A stretch of 55,134 nucleotides of DNA from Tissierellia bacterium (GTDB lineage Bacteria > Bacillota > Clostridia > Tissierellales > Tepidimicrobiaceae), in contig JAAYRM010000200.1 in the NCBI GenBank assembly GCA_012518745.1, positions 1 through 55,134 on the forward strand. Direction: 5' to 3'. The stretch's first letter is position 1. Each line of letters opens with the position of its first letter. Made by a program: the position numbers and the translations under genes. Below, piece by piece: positions 19,438 through 29,100 of the stretch. The notes beneath the pieces were generated by a model that worked only from the letters and a program-made list of their open reading frames with translations, did not search any database and was not told where the DNA came from.

Positions 19438-21465
19438 ATGAGATTCGATGATATTACCGTAGCATTAGGAATTATAGCAATAGTTATAATAATAATAATA
19501 CCAATACCCAATACTCTGCTGAGCATATTATTGGGGATTAATATAGCATTATCCTTGTTGATATTGCTATTATCCATGTATTCTAGTGATGTATTGGAAA
19601 TATCCATATTTCCATCGCTACTATTGGTGGCCACTCTTTTTCGACTATCCCTAAATGTATCTACTACTAGGGGGATTCTATCCCAAGGGGACGCGGGTAG
19701 GGTGGTAGAGACCTTCGGTAAATTCGTTATAGGTAGCAATGCCGTGGTAGGATTTATTATCTTCCTTATAATCGTAGTAATTCAATTCATCGTCATAACC
19801 AAGGGTGCTGAGCGGGTCGCGGAAGTCTCAGCAAGATTCACCTTAGATGCTATGCCGGGAAAGCAGATGGCAATAGATGCGGATTTGAATTCTGGATTGA
19901 TAACCGAGGAGGATGCAAGGCAGAGGAGAGCCGATATTCAAAGATATGCAGATTTTTACGCAGCTATGGATGGAGCCACCAAATTCGTTAAGGGGGATGC
20001 TATTGCCGGTATTATAATAACCATAATAAATATAGTTGCTGGACTATCTATAGGTATTCTATCGGGAATGCCCATAGATGAGGCCATGAGAAAGTATACC
20101 CTTTTGACGGTAGGTGATGGTTTGGTTAGCCAGGTGCCTGCATTGCTTATCTCAACCGCTACCGGTTTAATAGTGACCAGGGCTGCCTCGGAATCAAATC
20201 TCGGACAAGACCTGATCGAGCAACTATTCGGTAATAGATCAAAACTATTATATATAATTTCAGGTGTAATGATGTTATTGGGGGTATTTACACCACTCCC
20301 AACATTCACCTTTGCAATTATAGGATTTTTATTTGCCTTCCTAGGGTATTCGATGGGTAGGGAAATCCCATCGGAAATAGATGATACCCTATTAGAAGAA
20401 ACCTCAGAAGCCGAGGAATTGAGAAAGCCTGAAAACGTATTGGATCTATTAAAAGTTGATGACATAGAATTAGAATTTGGATACGGCCTTATTCCATTAG
20501 CAGATGTAGGTCAAGGAGGCGATCTTCTGGATAGAATTGTAATGATAAGAAGACAGATAGCCATGGAATTAGGCCTAGTAGTCCCTATTGTTAGGTTAAG
20601 GGATAATATTCAATTAGTCCCCAACGAGTATGTAATCAAGATAAAGGGGATCAAAATAACGGGTGGGGAGATTTTTTTCGATCATTATTTAGCCATGGAT
20701 CCCGGTACGGGGGAAGGGGAGATAGAAGGAATCGATACCATAGAGCCAGCTTTCGGATTGCCGGCAAAGTGGATCACTGAAAATGAGAGGGAAAAGGCGG
20801 AGGTATTTGGATATACGGTAGTGGATCCACCCTCGGTCATTGCAACTCATTTAACCGAGGTGATAAAGGAGAAAGCCTACGAACTTATAGGTAGGCAGGA
20901 CGTAAAGTTATTGCTCGATAATGTGGCAGAGGATTATCCCACGGTAATCGAGGAGGTGGTGCCCAAGGTTCTGTCCATCGGGGATGTACAGAAGGTGCTA
21001 TCTAACCTATTGAAGGAACAGATAAGCATAAGGGATATGGTTACCATATTGGAGACATTGGCCGATTATGGTGGCGTTACAACGGATACAGATCTATTAA
21101 CCGAATACGTAAGGCAACGCTTATCCGGCTATATAACGAATAAATATGTGGAGGATGGTGGATTGAACGTAATAACGCTAAATAATGAGGTGGAAGAGAT
21201 GATTATGAATTCTATCAATAAGACCGAAACCGGTTCATATCTGTCATTAGAGCCCAATATAGCCCAGCAGATCTTGGATAATACCTTAAAAATGGTACAA
21301 AAATTGACCCACGCTGGTCAACAACCCATTATATTAACGGCCCCGATAGTTAGGCTTTACTTTAAAAGATTGACCGAGCAGTTGACTAGGGATTTGATAG
21401 TTCTCTCCTATAACGAGATAGAGCCCCTAGTAGAAGTACAATCGGTTGGGATGGTGGATATATAA
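19438..21465 (+). CDS. flhA: flagellar export gate protein FlhA
   Basis: 675 aa with RFTLDAMPGKQMAIDADLNSG and GDAIAGIIITIINI motifs and a large cytoplasmic C-domain. Confidence 0.95.
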   Translation: MRFDDITVALGIIAIVIIIIIPIPNTLLSILLGINIALSLLILLLSMYSSDVLEISIFPSLLLVATLFRLSLNVSTTRGILSQGDAGRVVETFGKFVIGSNAVVGFIIFLIIVVIQFIVITKGAERVAEVSARFTLDAMPGKQMAIDADLNSGLITEEDARQRRADIQRYADFYAAMDGATKFVKGDAIAGIIITIINIVAGLSIGILSGMPIDEAMRKYTLLTVGDGLVSQVPALLISTATGLIVTRAASESNLGQDLIEQLFGNRSKLLYIISGVMMLLGVFTPLPTFTFAIIGFLFAFLGYSMGREIPSEIDDTLLEETSEAEELRKPENVLDLLKVDDIELEFGYGLIPLADVGQGGDLLDRIVMIRRQIAMELGLVVPIVRLRDNIQLVPNEYVIKIKGIKITGGEIFFDHYLAMDPGTGEGEIEGIDTIEPAFGLPAKWITENEREKAEVFGYTVVDPPSVIATHLTEVIKEKAYELIGRQDVKLLLDNVAEDYPTVIEEVVPKVLSIGDVQKVLSNLLKEQISIRDMVTILETLADYGGVTTDTDLLTEYVRQRLSGYITNKYVEDGGLNVITLNNEVEEMIMNSINKTETGSYLSLEPNIAQQILDNTLKMVQKLTHAGQQPIILTAPIVRLYFKRLTEQLTRDLIVLSYNEIEPLVEVQSVGMVDI

Positions 21466-22562
21466 TGATAATAAAAAGATATATAGGATTAACGGCCTAT
21501 GAGGCCATGAATCAGTTAAAGAGGGAACTTGGTTCCGATGCCGTTGTTTTGAATACGAGGAAGATAAGACAGAAGGGATTTCTAGGCCTATTTAAAAAAC
21601 CAATGGTAGAGATCACTGCAGCTTATGAATCCAAAAAGAACTTAGTCCTAGCCCCAGACGATGGGGATAAGATCGATAAGGTTAATAGTGAACTAGTTGC
21701 GCTTAAATCGATGGTAGAGGATATTTCTTCTACAATAATTAAAAATGAATTAGAAATATCAAGGGAGCTTCAGGGCTATTATACAAGATTATTAAACAAT
21801 GGTGTAGACCATTCCATAGCAACTTCTATCTTACGAGAATTGGATGAACAAATAGATTTCAGCGATAAGGATGAACAGGTTATCGAGGATATTATTAAAC
21901 ATACTATATGGGAATATATTGGGCAAATCCAGCCTATCAGTATAGATAATCGGATGGGCCAGAAAATAATTTTTCTAATAGGGCCTACGGGTGTAGGGAA
22001 AACCACCACGTTAGCAAAATTGGTCGCCAAGCTAGCTATGGCGAAGAAATATAGGATAGGATTGGTCACCTCGGATACCTATAGAATTGCAGCTGTTGAA
22101 CAGCTGAAGATCTACAGTGATATACTAGGATTGCCTCTGGAGATTATATACAATAGTAAGGATTTCAATAGAACATTGCTTAAGTTTAAAGATAAGGATT
22201 TTATCTTCGTAGATACAGCAGGGCAGAATCATAGAAAGGTGTCCAAGGAAGATGAGTTATATAAGATGATGGATACCGCTAATAACAAGGAGGTATATCT
22301 GGTTTTAAGCGGCACTACAAACCTAAATGTATTGAAATCCATATTGGAACAATATAGTTTTATAGAAGATTACAAGATCATATTTACCAAGATGGATGAG
22401 GCCAGGGAGTTTGGAAATATGTTAAACCTCAAATATTTGACTTCAAATCCGCTCTCCTATATGACCACCGGTCAGAATGTACCGGATGATATCAATGTGG
22501 TAGATAGGGATGATCTGATAGAATGGTTGATCGGGGAGGACCCATATGAGAGATCAAGCTGA
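21465..22562 (+). CDS. flhF: flagellar SRP-type GTPase FlhF
   Basis: GPTGVGKTTT, VDTAGQ and TKMDE GTPase motifs. Its start overlaps the flhA stop by 1 nt. Confidence 0.9.
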   Translation: MIIKRYIGLTAYEAMNQLKRELGSDAVVLNTRKIRQKGFLGLFKKPMVEITAAYESKKNLVLAPDDGDKIDKVNSELVALKSMVEDISSTIIKNELEISRELQGYYTRLLNNGVDHSIATSILRELDEQIDFSDKDEQVIEDIIKHTIWEYIGQIQPISIDNRMGQKIIFLIGPTGVGKTTTLAKLVAKLAMAKKYRIGLVTSDTYRIAAVEQLKIYSDILGLPLEIIYNSKDFNRTLLKFKDKDFIFVDTAGQNHRKVSKEDELYKMMDTANNKEVYLVLSGTTNLNVLKSILEQYSFIEDYKIIFTKMDEAREFGNMLNLKYLTSNPLSYMTTGQNVPDDINVVDRDDLIEWLIGEDPYERSS

Positions 22563-23436
22563 AAGATTAAGAGAATTGATGATTGGTAAAACCGGAGACG
22601 ATACCGAAATGGCTACCGGTCCACGTGCTAAGGTGTTGGCAGTTACTAGTGGAAAAGGAGGGGTTGGAAAGAGCAATTTCGCGATCAATCTGGCGATTTC
22701 GATACGGCGTTTGGGGTATGAGGTTCTAATACTAGATGCCGATATTGGACTGGCGAATATTGAAATACTAGCCGGAATAAGCATGCAATATAGCATGAAA
22801 GATTTGATAACCAATAATATGGGTATGCATGAAATAATAGGTGAGGGACCAGAAGGGGTTAGGATCATATCAGGTGGTTCCGGATTTTATGAGATATCGT
22901 CTATGAATAATAAGAATATTAGAAGAATATTGAGTGAATTTAAAGAATTGGAGAGCCTAGTAGATTATATAATTATAGACACGGGCGCGGGTGTATCCGA
23001 TATGGTCTTAGATTTCGTTATGATTGCCGATGAAGTGATGCTCGTAACTACGACAGATCCCACCTCTATAATGGATGGCTATATTATGATTAAGGCTTTG
23101 ACAATGAAAGGGTATAAAGGTAAACTAAATATAGTAGCAAATATTGTCAAAAACAGGGTAGATGCTGAGATTTTATTCAATAAATTCAATAAAGTTGCTA
23201 AAGGTTTTTTAAAAGTTGAATTAAATTTCTTGGGATATCTGGAGAGGGATAAATTGATCAATAAGGCGGTCATGGATCAAAGGCCCTTCCTAATATCGCA
23301 TCCTAAATCAGGTATAGCCAGAAGGATGAATATAATGGCATTGAAGGCCGTAGATTCCTCCGATCTAGGGGAGGGAAAGGGGGATTTGGGTTTTGTTCAT
23401 AGGCTGAGGAAGTTTATTTTAAGGTGGGGTGACTGA
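22546..23436 (+). CDS. flhG: MinD/ParA-type ATPase FlhG (YlxH)
   Basis: N-terminal DQAERLR (FlhF-activating helix type), deviant Walker A SGKGGVGKS, and a C-terminal amphipathic tail FVHRLRKFILRW. Confidence 0.9.
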   Translation: MRDQAERLRELMIGKTGDDTEMATGPRAKVLAVTSGKGGVGKSNFAINLAISIRRLGYEVLILDADIGLANIEILAGISMQYSMKDLITNNMGMHEIIGEGPEGVRIISGGSGFYEISSMNNKNIRRILSEFKELESLVDYIIIDTGAGVSDMVLDFVMIADEVMLVTTTDPTSIMDGYIMIKALTMKGYKGKLNIVANIVKNRVDAEILFNKFNKVAKGFLKVELNFLGYLERDKLINKAVMDQRPFLISHPKSGIARRMNIMALKAVDSSDLGEGKGDLGFVHRLRKFILRWGD

Positions 23437-23441
23437 TATAT

Positions 23442-24092
23442 ATGGTATCTGGGAAGGAAACTCCTGATATAGGAATTAGAATTGAAATAACCAAGTCGAC
23501 TCGGGATATACGAAGATATTATGCTAGCCAGGTACTAGATATTGCTGGGGAGATCTTTGTGATAAGCGGCCCCATATATAAGCAGAATTTAGTCATGATG
23601 CATGAAGGCGAAAGGATCAAGATCAGTTATATGGTTGAGGATAAAGGTAGATATACCTTCGATGCGGAGATATTGGAGCGTAGCTATGAGGATATCTATA
23701 AATTGAAAGTTAAAAAGGTATCCGATATTCGACGAGATCAACGGCGGGGCTTTTATCGATTTAAAACCGCTATACCCGTAACCAAGGAGAGCGTTATTCG
23801 GAATACGGTTGAGGTTGAGGAATGCAGGACTAAGGATATTAGTGGTTCAGGACTTAACCTATATTCTAATCTAGAACATGAAGTTGGCGATGTAGTAAAG
23901 TGCAGATTTAAAGTTGGCGATCATTTAATAGATAATCGATGCCAGATCATGAGGGTTGACGAATCGGATAACCCAAATTACAAGTATAGCCTGGGTATTA
24001 GTTTTATAAAATTAAATGAAATGGATAAGGATAGCATAATCAAGTTCATTTTTCTGGAGGAAAGGTTATTAAAAGAGAAAAAGCTTATATAA
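23442..24092 (+). CDS. PilZ-domain c-di-GMP receptor (YcgR/MotI-like flagellar brake or clutch)
   Basis: QRRGFYR (RRxxxR, nt 23739-23759) followed by DISGSG (DxSxxG, nt 23835-23852). At 216 aa it is similar in size to B. subtilis MotI. Confidence 0.8.
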   Translation: MVSGKETPDIGIRIEITKSTRDIRRYYASQVLDIAGEIFVISGPIYKQNLVMMHEGERIKISYMVEDKGRYTFDAEILERSYEDIYKLKVKKVSDIRRDQRRGFYRFKTAIPVTKESVIRNTVEVEECRTKDISGSGLNLYSNLEHEVGDVVKCRFKVGDHLIDNRCQIMRVDESDNPNYKYSLGISFIKLNEMDKDSIIKFIFLEERLLKEKKLI

Positions 24093-24179
24093 TCGATAGA
24101 GGGTTTGATATCAATGATTTGATTTCCATACATAAATTAATAATTATTATTTTTTAAAGAAGGATGAGGGGATTGCTAT

Positions 24180-24764
24180 ATGAGCCGAGGATTTGATCAC
24201 ATAATAGCCCTGGGAATATCCACAGGGGGGCCTAAGGCCTTACAGGATATACTACCCTTATTGCCTAGGAATATCAATGGCTCTATAGTGATAGTACAAC
24301 ATATGCCATCGGGTTTTACCAAGTTTTTATCAGATAGGTTAAATGTATTATCGCAAATAGAGGTGAAAGAAGGAGAAGAGGGTGATGTCCTACAAAGGGG
24401 GTATTGCTATATAGCACCCGGGGGCTACCATATGAGGGTGGAGCATGCCGATAATGGATACGTCATAAGGCTCAACAAGGAGAAACCAATAAAAGGCTTA
24501 AGACCTGCAGTTGATATTCTCATGGAATCTGTAGCCCGATTGGATAATCTGAATAAGGTAGGAATTATCATGACTGGCATGGGTTCTGATGGGGCTAAAG
24601 GAATTATCGAGATCAAGAAATCGAATGGCTATACCATGGCCCAAGATGAAGAATCATCTACAATTTTTGGAATGCCCAAATTGGCAATAGAGACGGGATA
24701 TGTAGATAAGATTGTAGCACTAGGGGATATTCCAAATGAAATAATGAATATAGTGGGGGTGTAA
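24180..24764 (+). CDS. cheB: chemotaxis methylesterase CheB, catalytic domain only (no receiver domain)
   Basis: GISTGGP (Ser), VQHMP (His) and GMGSDGA (Asp) catalytic motifs. It is only 194 aa, and the 87 bp upstream are non-coding. Confidence 0.85.
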   Translation: MSRGFDHIIALGISTGGPKALQDILPLLPRNINGSIVIVQHMPSGFTKFLSDRLNVLSQIEVKEGEEGDVLQRGYCYIAPGGYHMRVEHADNGYVIRLNKEKPIKGLRPAVDILMESVARLDNLNKVGIIMTGMGSDGAKGIIEIKKSNGYTMAQDEESSTIFGMPKLAIETGYVDKIVALGDIPNEIMNIVGV

Positions 24765-24766
24765 CG

Positions 24767-26767
24767 ATGGATTTAGATTTAAATCAATATATGGGTATAT
24801 TTGTGGAAGATGCTAGGGAACATCTGCAGGATATGAATGAAGCACTGCTGGCGCTTGAAAGAGATATCGATAATATAGATATAGTAAATGAGATATTTAG
24901 GGTTGCCCATACCCTGAAGGGGATGGCCGGGACTATGGGATTTGAAGATATAAGCAATTTAACCCACGAGATGGAAAATGTATTGCACGGAATCAGGAGT
25001 AATTTAATTGTATTGGATGAGGATACAATTGACATCATATTTGAATCCTTCGATGCGTTAGATCATGCTATCGATTTCATAGCGGCTAATGGGCGAGAAG
25101 GTGAGGAGGATTATAAGGATTTAATAGATAGATTAAGATCAATTTCCTTCAAAACTAAACCCGATAGCACACATGATGAGTTGCATGACAAATTGGACAG
25201 CATGGATGGATATACCCTCAGGATATTGAATGAGGCAAGGATTGAGGGGTTATCATCGTATAGGCTCGATATCATATTAGATGCGAATTGTATGCTCAAA
25301 GCTGCAAGGGCATTCATTATATTTAATGCCTTGGACGATATGGGTGAGATAATATCATCCAATCCGCCAGTGGAGGATATTGAGGACGAAAAATTTGATC
25401 TGAAGTTTACCATAATATTTATTTCACAACTAAATCATTCTAGGATTATGGATGAACTAAACGCTATTTCAGAAATCGAAAGTATATCTTTGGAGGAGAT
25501 ATGCGTAGAGGACATATTGGCAAATATAGGGGAACTAGATGATATGACCATAGATTCCGGAGGCATGGGCAAGGTGTCATCACGGGATGATAAGGAGAGT
25601 AGAACAACCGATAATAGGGGTATCGTGGGGAAAACCGTTAGGGTAGATATAGATAGATTGGACAACCTCATGAACCTTGTAAGTGAATTAATAATAATTA
25701 AGACCAGGATGGATGAATTGAGCCAATCCTCGGATACGGACAAGATGGGGGAAACTATTGAGTACTTAGAACGAATAACCACGAATATTCATGATGCTGT
25801 TATGAAAGTTAGGATGGTACCTATCGAGAGGGTCTTTAATAGATTTCCCCGTATGGTAAGGGATCTATCCAGAGAACTAGAAAAAAAGATTGAACTCCAA
25901 ATGACTGGAAAGGAAACCGAGGTAGATAGAACCGTTATAGATGAAATAGGAGAACCACTAATCCATATAATTAGAAATTCTATAGATCATGGCATAGAAG
26001 ACCCAGAGGAAAGAATAAAACATGGGAAATCTGAGAAAGGAAATATAGGATTGAATGCCTATGCAGATGGCAATCATGTCATTATCGAGGCGATTGATGA
26101 TGGGAGGGGTTTAGATAGCGATAGAATCAAGGAAGAGGCCATACAAAAGGGAATCATTGATGCACAGGAGGCTGAGCTATTAACGCGGGAGGAATCAATT
26201 TCGCTATTATTTACACCGGGTTTTAGTACCGCTAATGAGGTTTCAGGTGTTTCGGGCAGGGGAGTAGGACTTGATGTAGTTAAGAATAAAATTGAATCCA
26301 TCAATGGCTCTATTGAATTGGATTCACAATTGTACAGGGGTACTAAATTTACCATACGACTGCCATTGACCTTGGCAATAATACAGGCCCTCTTAGTGAA
26401 ACTAGATGATGAAATATATGCTATACCATTGGGATCTATAACGGAGATAATAAGAACCACTGAGGAAGATATCAAAAACGTCTACGATCAAGAGGTTATA
26501 CTATATCGGGGTAGAACCATACCCATAATAAAGCTGAATCGGATTCTGGGGTTGGATGAAGGGGAAGAGATGGAGGAACGTGTGGTAGTCATAGCGAGGA
26601 AAGGTGAAAAACAGGCGGCATTGTTAGTAGATGATTTAATAGGCCAACAAGAGATAGTTATAAAGCCCTTAGGAAAATATCTATCCAATATAGATTATCT
26701 ATCAGGTGCTACTATTTTGGGGAATGGGAATATATCATTAATATTGGATGTGAATTCAATAATATAG
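24767..26767 (+). CDS. cheA: chemotaxis histidine kinase CheA
   Basis: Hpt domain with FRVAHTLKGMAGTMGF, an HATPase domain (IRNSIDHGIE, DDGRGL, GRGVGLDVV) and a C-terminal CheW-like domain. Confidence 0.95.
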   Translation: MDLDLNQYMGIFVEDAREHLQDMNEALLALERDIDNIDIVNEIFRVAHTLKGMAGTMGFEDISNLTHEMENVLHGIRSNLIVLDEDTIDIIFESFDALDHAIDFIAANGREGEEDYKDLIDRLRSISFKTKPDSTHDELHDKLDSMDGYTLRILNEARIEGLSSYRLDIILDANCMLKAARAFIIFNALDDMGEIISSNPPVEDIEDEKFDLKFTIIFISQLNHSRIMDELNAISEIESISLEEICVEDILANIGELDDMTIDSGGMGKVSSRDDKESRTTDNRGIVGKTVRVDIDRLDNLMNLVSELIIIKTRMDELSQSSDTDKMGETIEYLERITTNIHDAVMKVRMVPIERVFNRFPRMVRDLSRELEKKIELQMTGKETEVDRTVIDEIGEPLIHIIRNSIDHGIEDPEERIKHGKSEKGNIGLNAYADGNHVIIEAIDDGRGLDSDRIKEEAIQKGIIDAQEAELLTREESISLLFTPGFSTANEVSGVSGRGVGLDVVKNKIESINGSIELDSQLYRGTKFTIRLPLTLAIIQALLVKLDDEIYAIPLGSITEIIRTTEEDIKNVYDQEVILYRGRTIPIIKLNRILGLDEGEEMEERVVVIARKGEKQAALLVDDLIGQQEIVIKPLGKYLSNIDYLSGATILGNGNISLILDVNSII

Positions 26768-26778
26768 GAGGGAATTAT

Positions 26779-27210
26779 ATGATTTCCGAAGTGGAAAATA
26801 AATATGTAATATTCAAATTAAAAGAGGAGTATTATGGAATTCCCATAGCTAATGTCCTATCAATAGAAAGAATTGAGGAGATTACTAGGGTTCCCAATGC
26901 CCCGAAGTATGTTATGGGGGTAATAAATCTAAGAGGGGAGGTAATTCCCCTGGTAGATTTAGGCATGAGGCTTGATATAGATGCTGGGGATTACAATCGG
27001 GATTCAAGGATAATAGTAACATCCGTGGATGATATAATTGCAGGCCTTGTAGTTGATTCCTCATCGGAGGTACTAGAAATAGATAAGGATAGCATTGATC
27101 CACCTCCCGATACCAATAATGGCAGATGCATTGAATTTTTAAATGGCGTGGGCAAAATTGATAATAGATTGATAATACTGCTAAACTTACCTAAGGTATT
27201 AGAATATTAG
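26779..27210 (+). CDS. cheW: chemotaxis coupling protein CheW
   Basis: A 143-aa CheW-like domain (YGIPIANVLSIERIEEITRVPNAPKYVMGVINLRGEVIPLVDL). Confidence 0.9.
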   Translation: MISEVENKYVIFKLKEEYYGIPIANVLSIERIEEITRVPNAPKYVMGVINLRGEVIPLVDLGMRLDIDAGDYNRDSRIIVTSVDDIIAGLVVDSSSEVLEIDKDSIDPPPDTNNGRCIEFLNGVGKIDNRLIILLNLPKVLEY

Positions 27211-27224
27211 AGGGGAATAGAGCT

Positions 27225-27833
27225 ATGGATGTTCAAAATTTGAATTCTATGATGATAGATATATTAGGGGAGATAGGTAATATTGGCTCCGGAAACGCCG
27301 CTACTGCATTGGCTAGTATGTTATCAAAGAGAATAGATATGAATTTACCTATCGTGAAAATTTTGCAATTCAAGGATGTTGCAGGTATGTTGGGCGGGGA
27401 AGAGCAATTAGTAGTTGGAATATATCTAGATTTAAATGGAGATATAACTGGCAATATTATGTTCATATTGGATTTAGAATCTGCGGTAAACTTAAGCAAT
27501 ATGTTATTGAACAGGGTACATAACAATAGCCAATTAGACGATATGGCTGTATCGGCCTTATCTGAAGTAGGGAATATCTTAGCCTCATCCTATGCAAATT
27601 CTCTGAGCAGTCTAACGGGTTTAACTATATCCATATCCATCCCTTCTATAGCCATAGATATGGCGGGGGCGATATTGAGTGTTCCAGCTATTCAATTCGG
27701 TTATATATCAGATCGAATATTATTAATAGAGACCACATTCGAGGAAGGCAATAATAGTGTCAAGGGTAATTTGTTTTTAATACCGGATATGGCTTCTTTT
27801 GAAAAAATATTATCAAGTCTAGGGGTAGTATAA
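27225..27833 (+). CDS. cheC: CheY-P phosphatase CheC
   Basis: Two CheC motifs, DILGEIGNIGSGNAATAL and ALSEVGNILASSYANSL. Confidence 0.85.
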   Translation: MDVQNLNSMMIDILGEIGNIGSGNAATALASMLSKRIDMNLPIVKILQFKDVAGMLGGEEQLVVGIYLDLNGDITGNIMFILDLESAVNLSNMLLNRVHNNSQLDDMAVSALSEVGNILASSYANSLSSLTGLTISISIPSIAIDMAGAILSVPAIQFGYISDRILLIETTFEEGNNSVKGNLFLIPDMASFEKILSSLGVV

Positions 27834-27834
27834 C

Positions 27835-28317
27835 ATGAAAACAATTAAGGTAGGCATGGCGGATTTAAACGTAATAAAGGATTCAGGAATATTGACAACC
27901 CTTGGGCTGGGCTCATGTGTAGGTATAGCATTGTACGATAGTCGGAATAAGGTGGCCGGATTGGCTCATCTGATGCTCCCATCTAGTAAGGAAATCAGGA
28001 ATAATGCAAATAAGGCGAAGTTTGTAGATACTGGGATCGAGCTTTTAATAGAGCGAATGGTGCAGGAGGGTGCCCTCAGGGGCAATCTAATAGCAAAAGT
28101 TGTCGGGGGTGCCCAAATGTTTACCTTTAATAAGGATAATAATATATTAAAGATAGGTGAAAGAAACGTATTAGCAACTAAGAAAAAACTAAACGAATTG
28201 GACATACGGATCGTTTCTGAGGATACTGGTGGCAACTATGGTAGGACAATTGAATTAGATGCTACGGATGGGTCACTATCTATAAGAACTATCGGTCATG
28301 GAATTAAGGTTATCTAA
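27835..28317 (+). CDS. cheD: chemoreceptor glutamine deamidase CheD
   Basis: TTLGLGSCVGIALYD (catalytic Cys) and GLAHLMLP motifs; 160 aa. Confidence 0.88.
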   Translation: MKTIKVGMADLNVIKDSGILTTLGLGSCVGIALYDSRNKVAGLAHLMLPSSKEIRNNANKAKFVDTGIELLIERMVQEGALRGNLIAKVVGGAQMFTFNKDNNILKIGERNVLATKKKLNELDIRIVSEDTGGNYGRTIELDATDGSLSIRTIGHGIKVI

Positions 28318-28342
28318 TATCCTATGGGGAGGTAAATGTAGG

Positions 28343-29086
28343 ATGAAACTAGAAAAATTATGGAATAGATATGCGCAGACGGATGATAGGGATATAAGAC
28401 AACAATTGATAGAGGAATATATTGATCTAGTGAAGATAATTGCTGGTAGGATGTATAACTTTTATGGTGGCAAGATAGAATATGAAGATCTATTAGGATT
28501 CGGAATCATGGGTCTGATAGATAGCATTAAACGTTTTGATTTGGATAAGAATACCAAATTTGAAACATATGCACAGATTAGGATCAGGGGGACGATTATC
28601 GATAATATAAGAAAGTTGGATTGGATCCCTAGATCGTTGAGGAGAAGGTCCAAGGAGATTGAGGAAGCCATGGGAATTCTAGAAAATCAATTGGGAAGGG
28701 CACCATATAACGATGAACTATCAAAATTTTTAAACATTTCATTAGATGAACTCGAATCGACCCTAGCCTCCATGGTCAATTTCAATATAGTATCCCTAGA
28801 AAACCTATTGCATAGCAAAGGGGAGTACAATATCGATAGTGAACAGAATCCTATTACACCGGAAAAAGCTCTTGAAAAGAAGGAATTAAAGGAGTCCCTG
28901 GCTGAGGCCATTGACATGTTAAATCCACAGGAAAAAACAATAATATCGCTCTATTATTATGAAGAGTTAACCTATAAGGAAATTGGATACATCATAGATT
29001 TATCGGAATCGAGAATCTCGCAAATCCATAGTAAATCTATTTTAAAGATCAAAAATCGTTTGACTAAGAGTTTATATGGAGCCTAA
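28343..29086 (+). CDS. sigD: flagellar sigma factor SigD/FliA (sigma-28)
   Basis: Sigma-70 regions 2-4 (FETYAQIRIRGTIID, LTYKEIGYIIDLSESRISQIHSKSILKI). A GGGGAGG RBS precedes ATG 28343 (ORF-track start 28298). Confidence 0.9.
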   Translation: MKLEKLWNRYAQTDDRDIRQQLIEEYIDLVKIIAGRMYNFYGGKIEYEDLLGFGIMGLIDSIKRFDLDKNTKFETYAQIRIRGTIIDNIRKLDWIPRSLRRRSKEIEEAMGILENQLGRAPYNDELSKFLNISLDELESTLASMVNFNIVSLENLLHSKGEYNIDSEQNPITPEKALEKKELKESLAEAIDMLNPQEKTIISLYYYEELTYKEIGYIIDLSESRISQIHSKSILKIKNRLTKSLYGA

Positions 29087-29100
29087 TCAGGAGGTGCAGC

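Noticed and set aside
22738-22745. Perfect sigma-D -10-like GCCGATAT inside flhG, and a second copy at 19930-19937 inside flhA.
   Set aside because: Neither has a TAAA -35 element at the required ~15-nt spacing. Both are explained by the coding sequence, for example the Asp-Ala-Asp-Ile codons in the FlhG ATPase fold. I found no convincing sigma-D promoter in any intergenic region of the window.
24105-24114. A 10-bp perfect palindrome TTGATATCAA and nearby TTTGAT repeats in the PilZ-cheB spacer, considered as an operator or an internal che promoter.
   Set aside because: The region is A/T-rich, so short palindromes are expected by chance. The associated -10 candidates (ATACAT, TAATTA) are poor.
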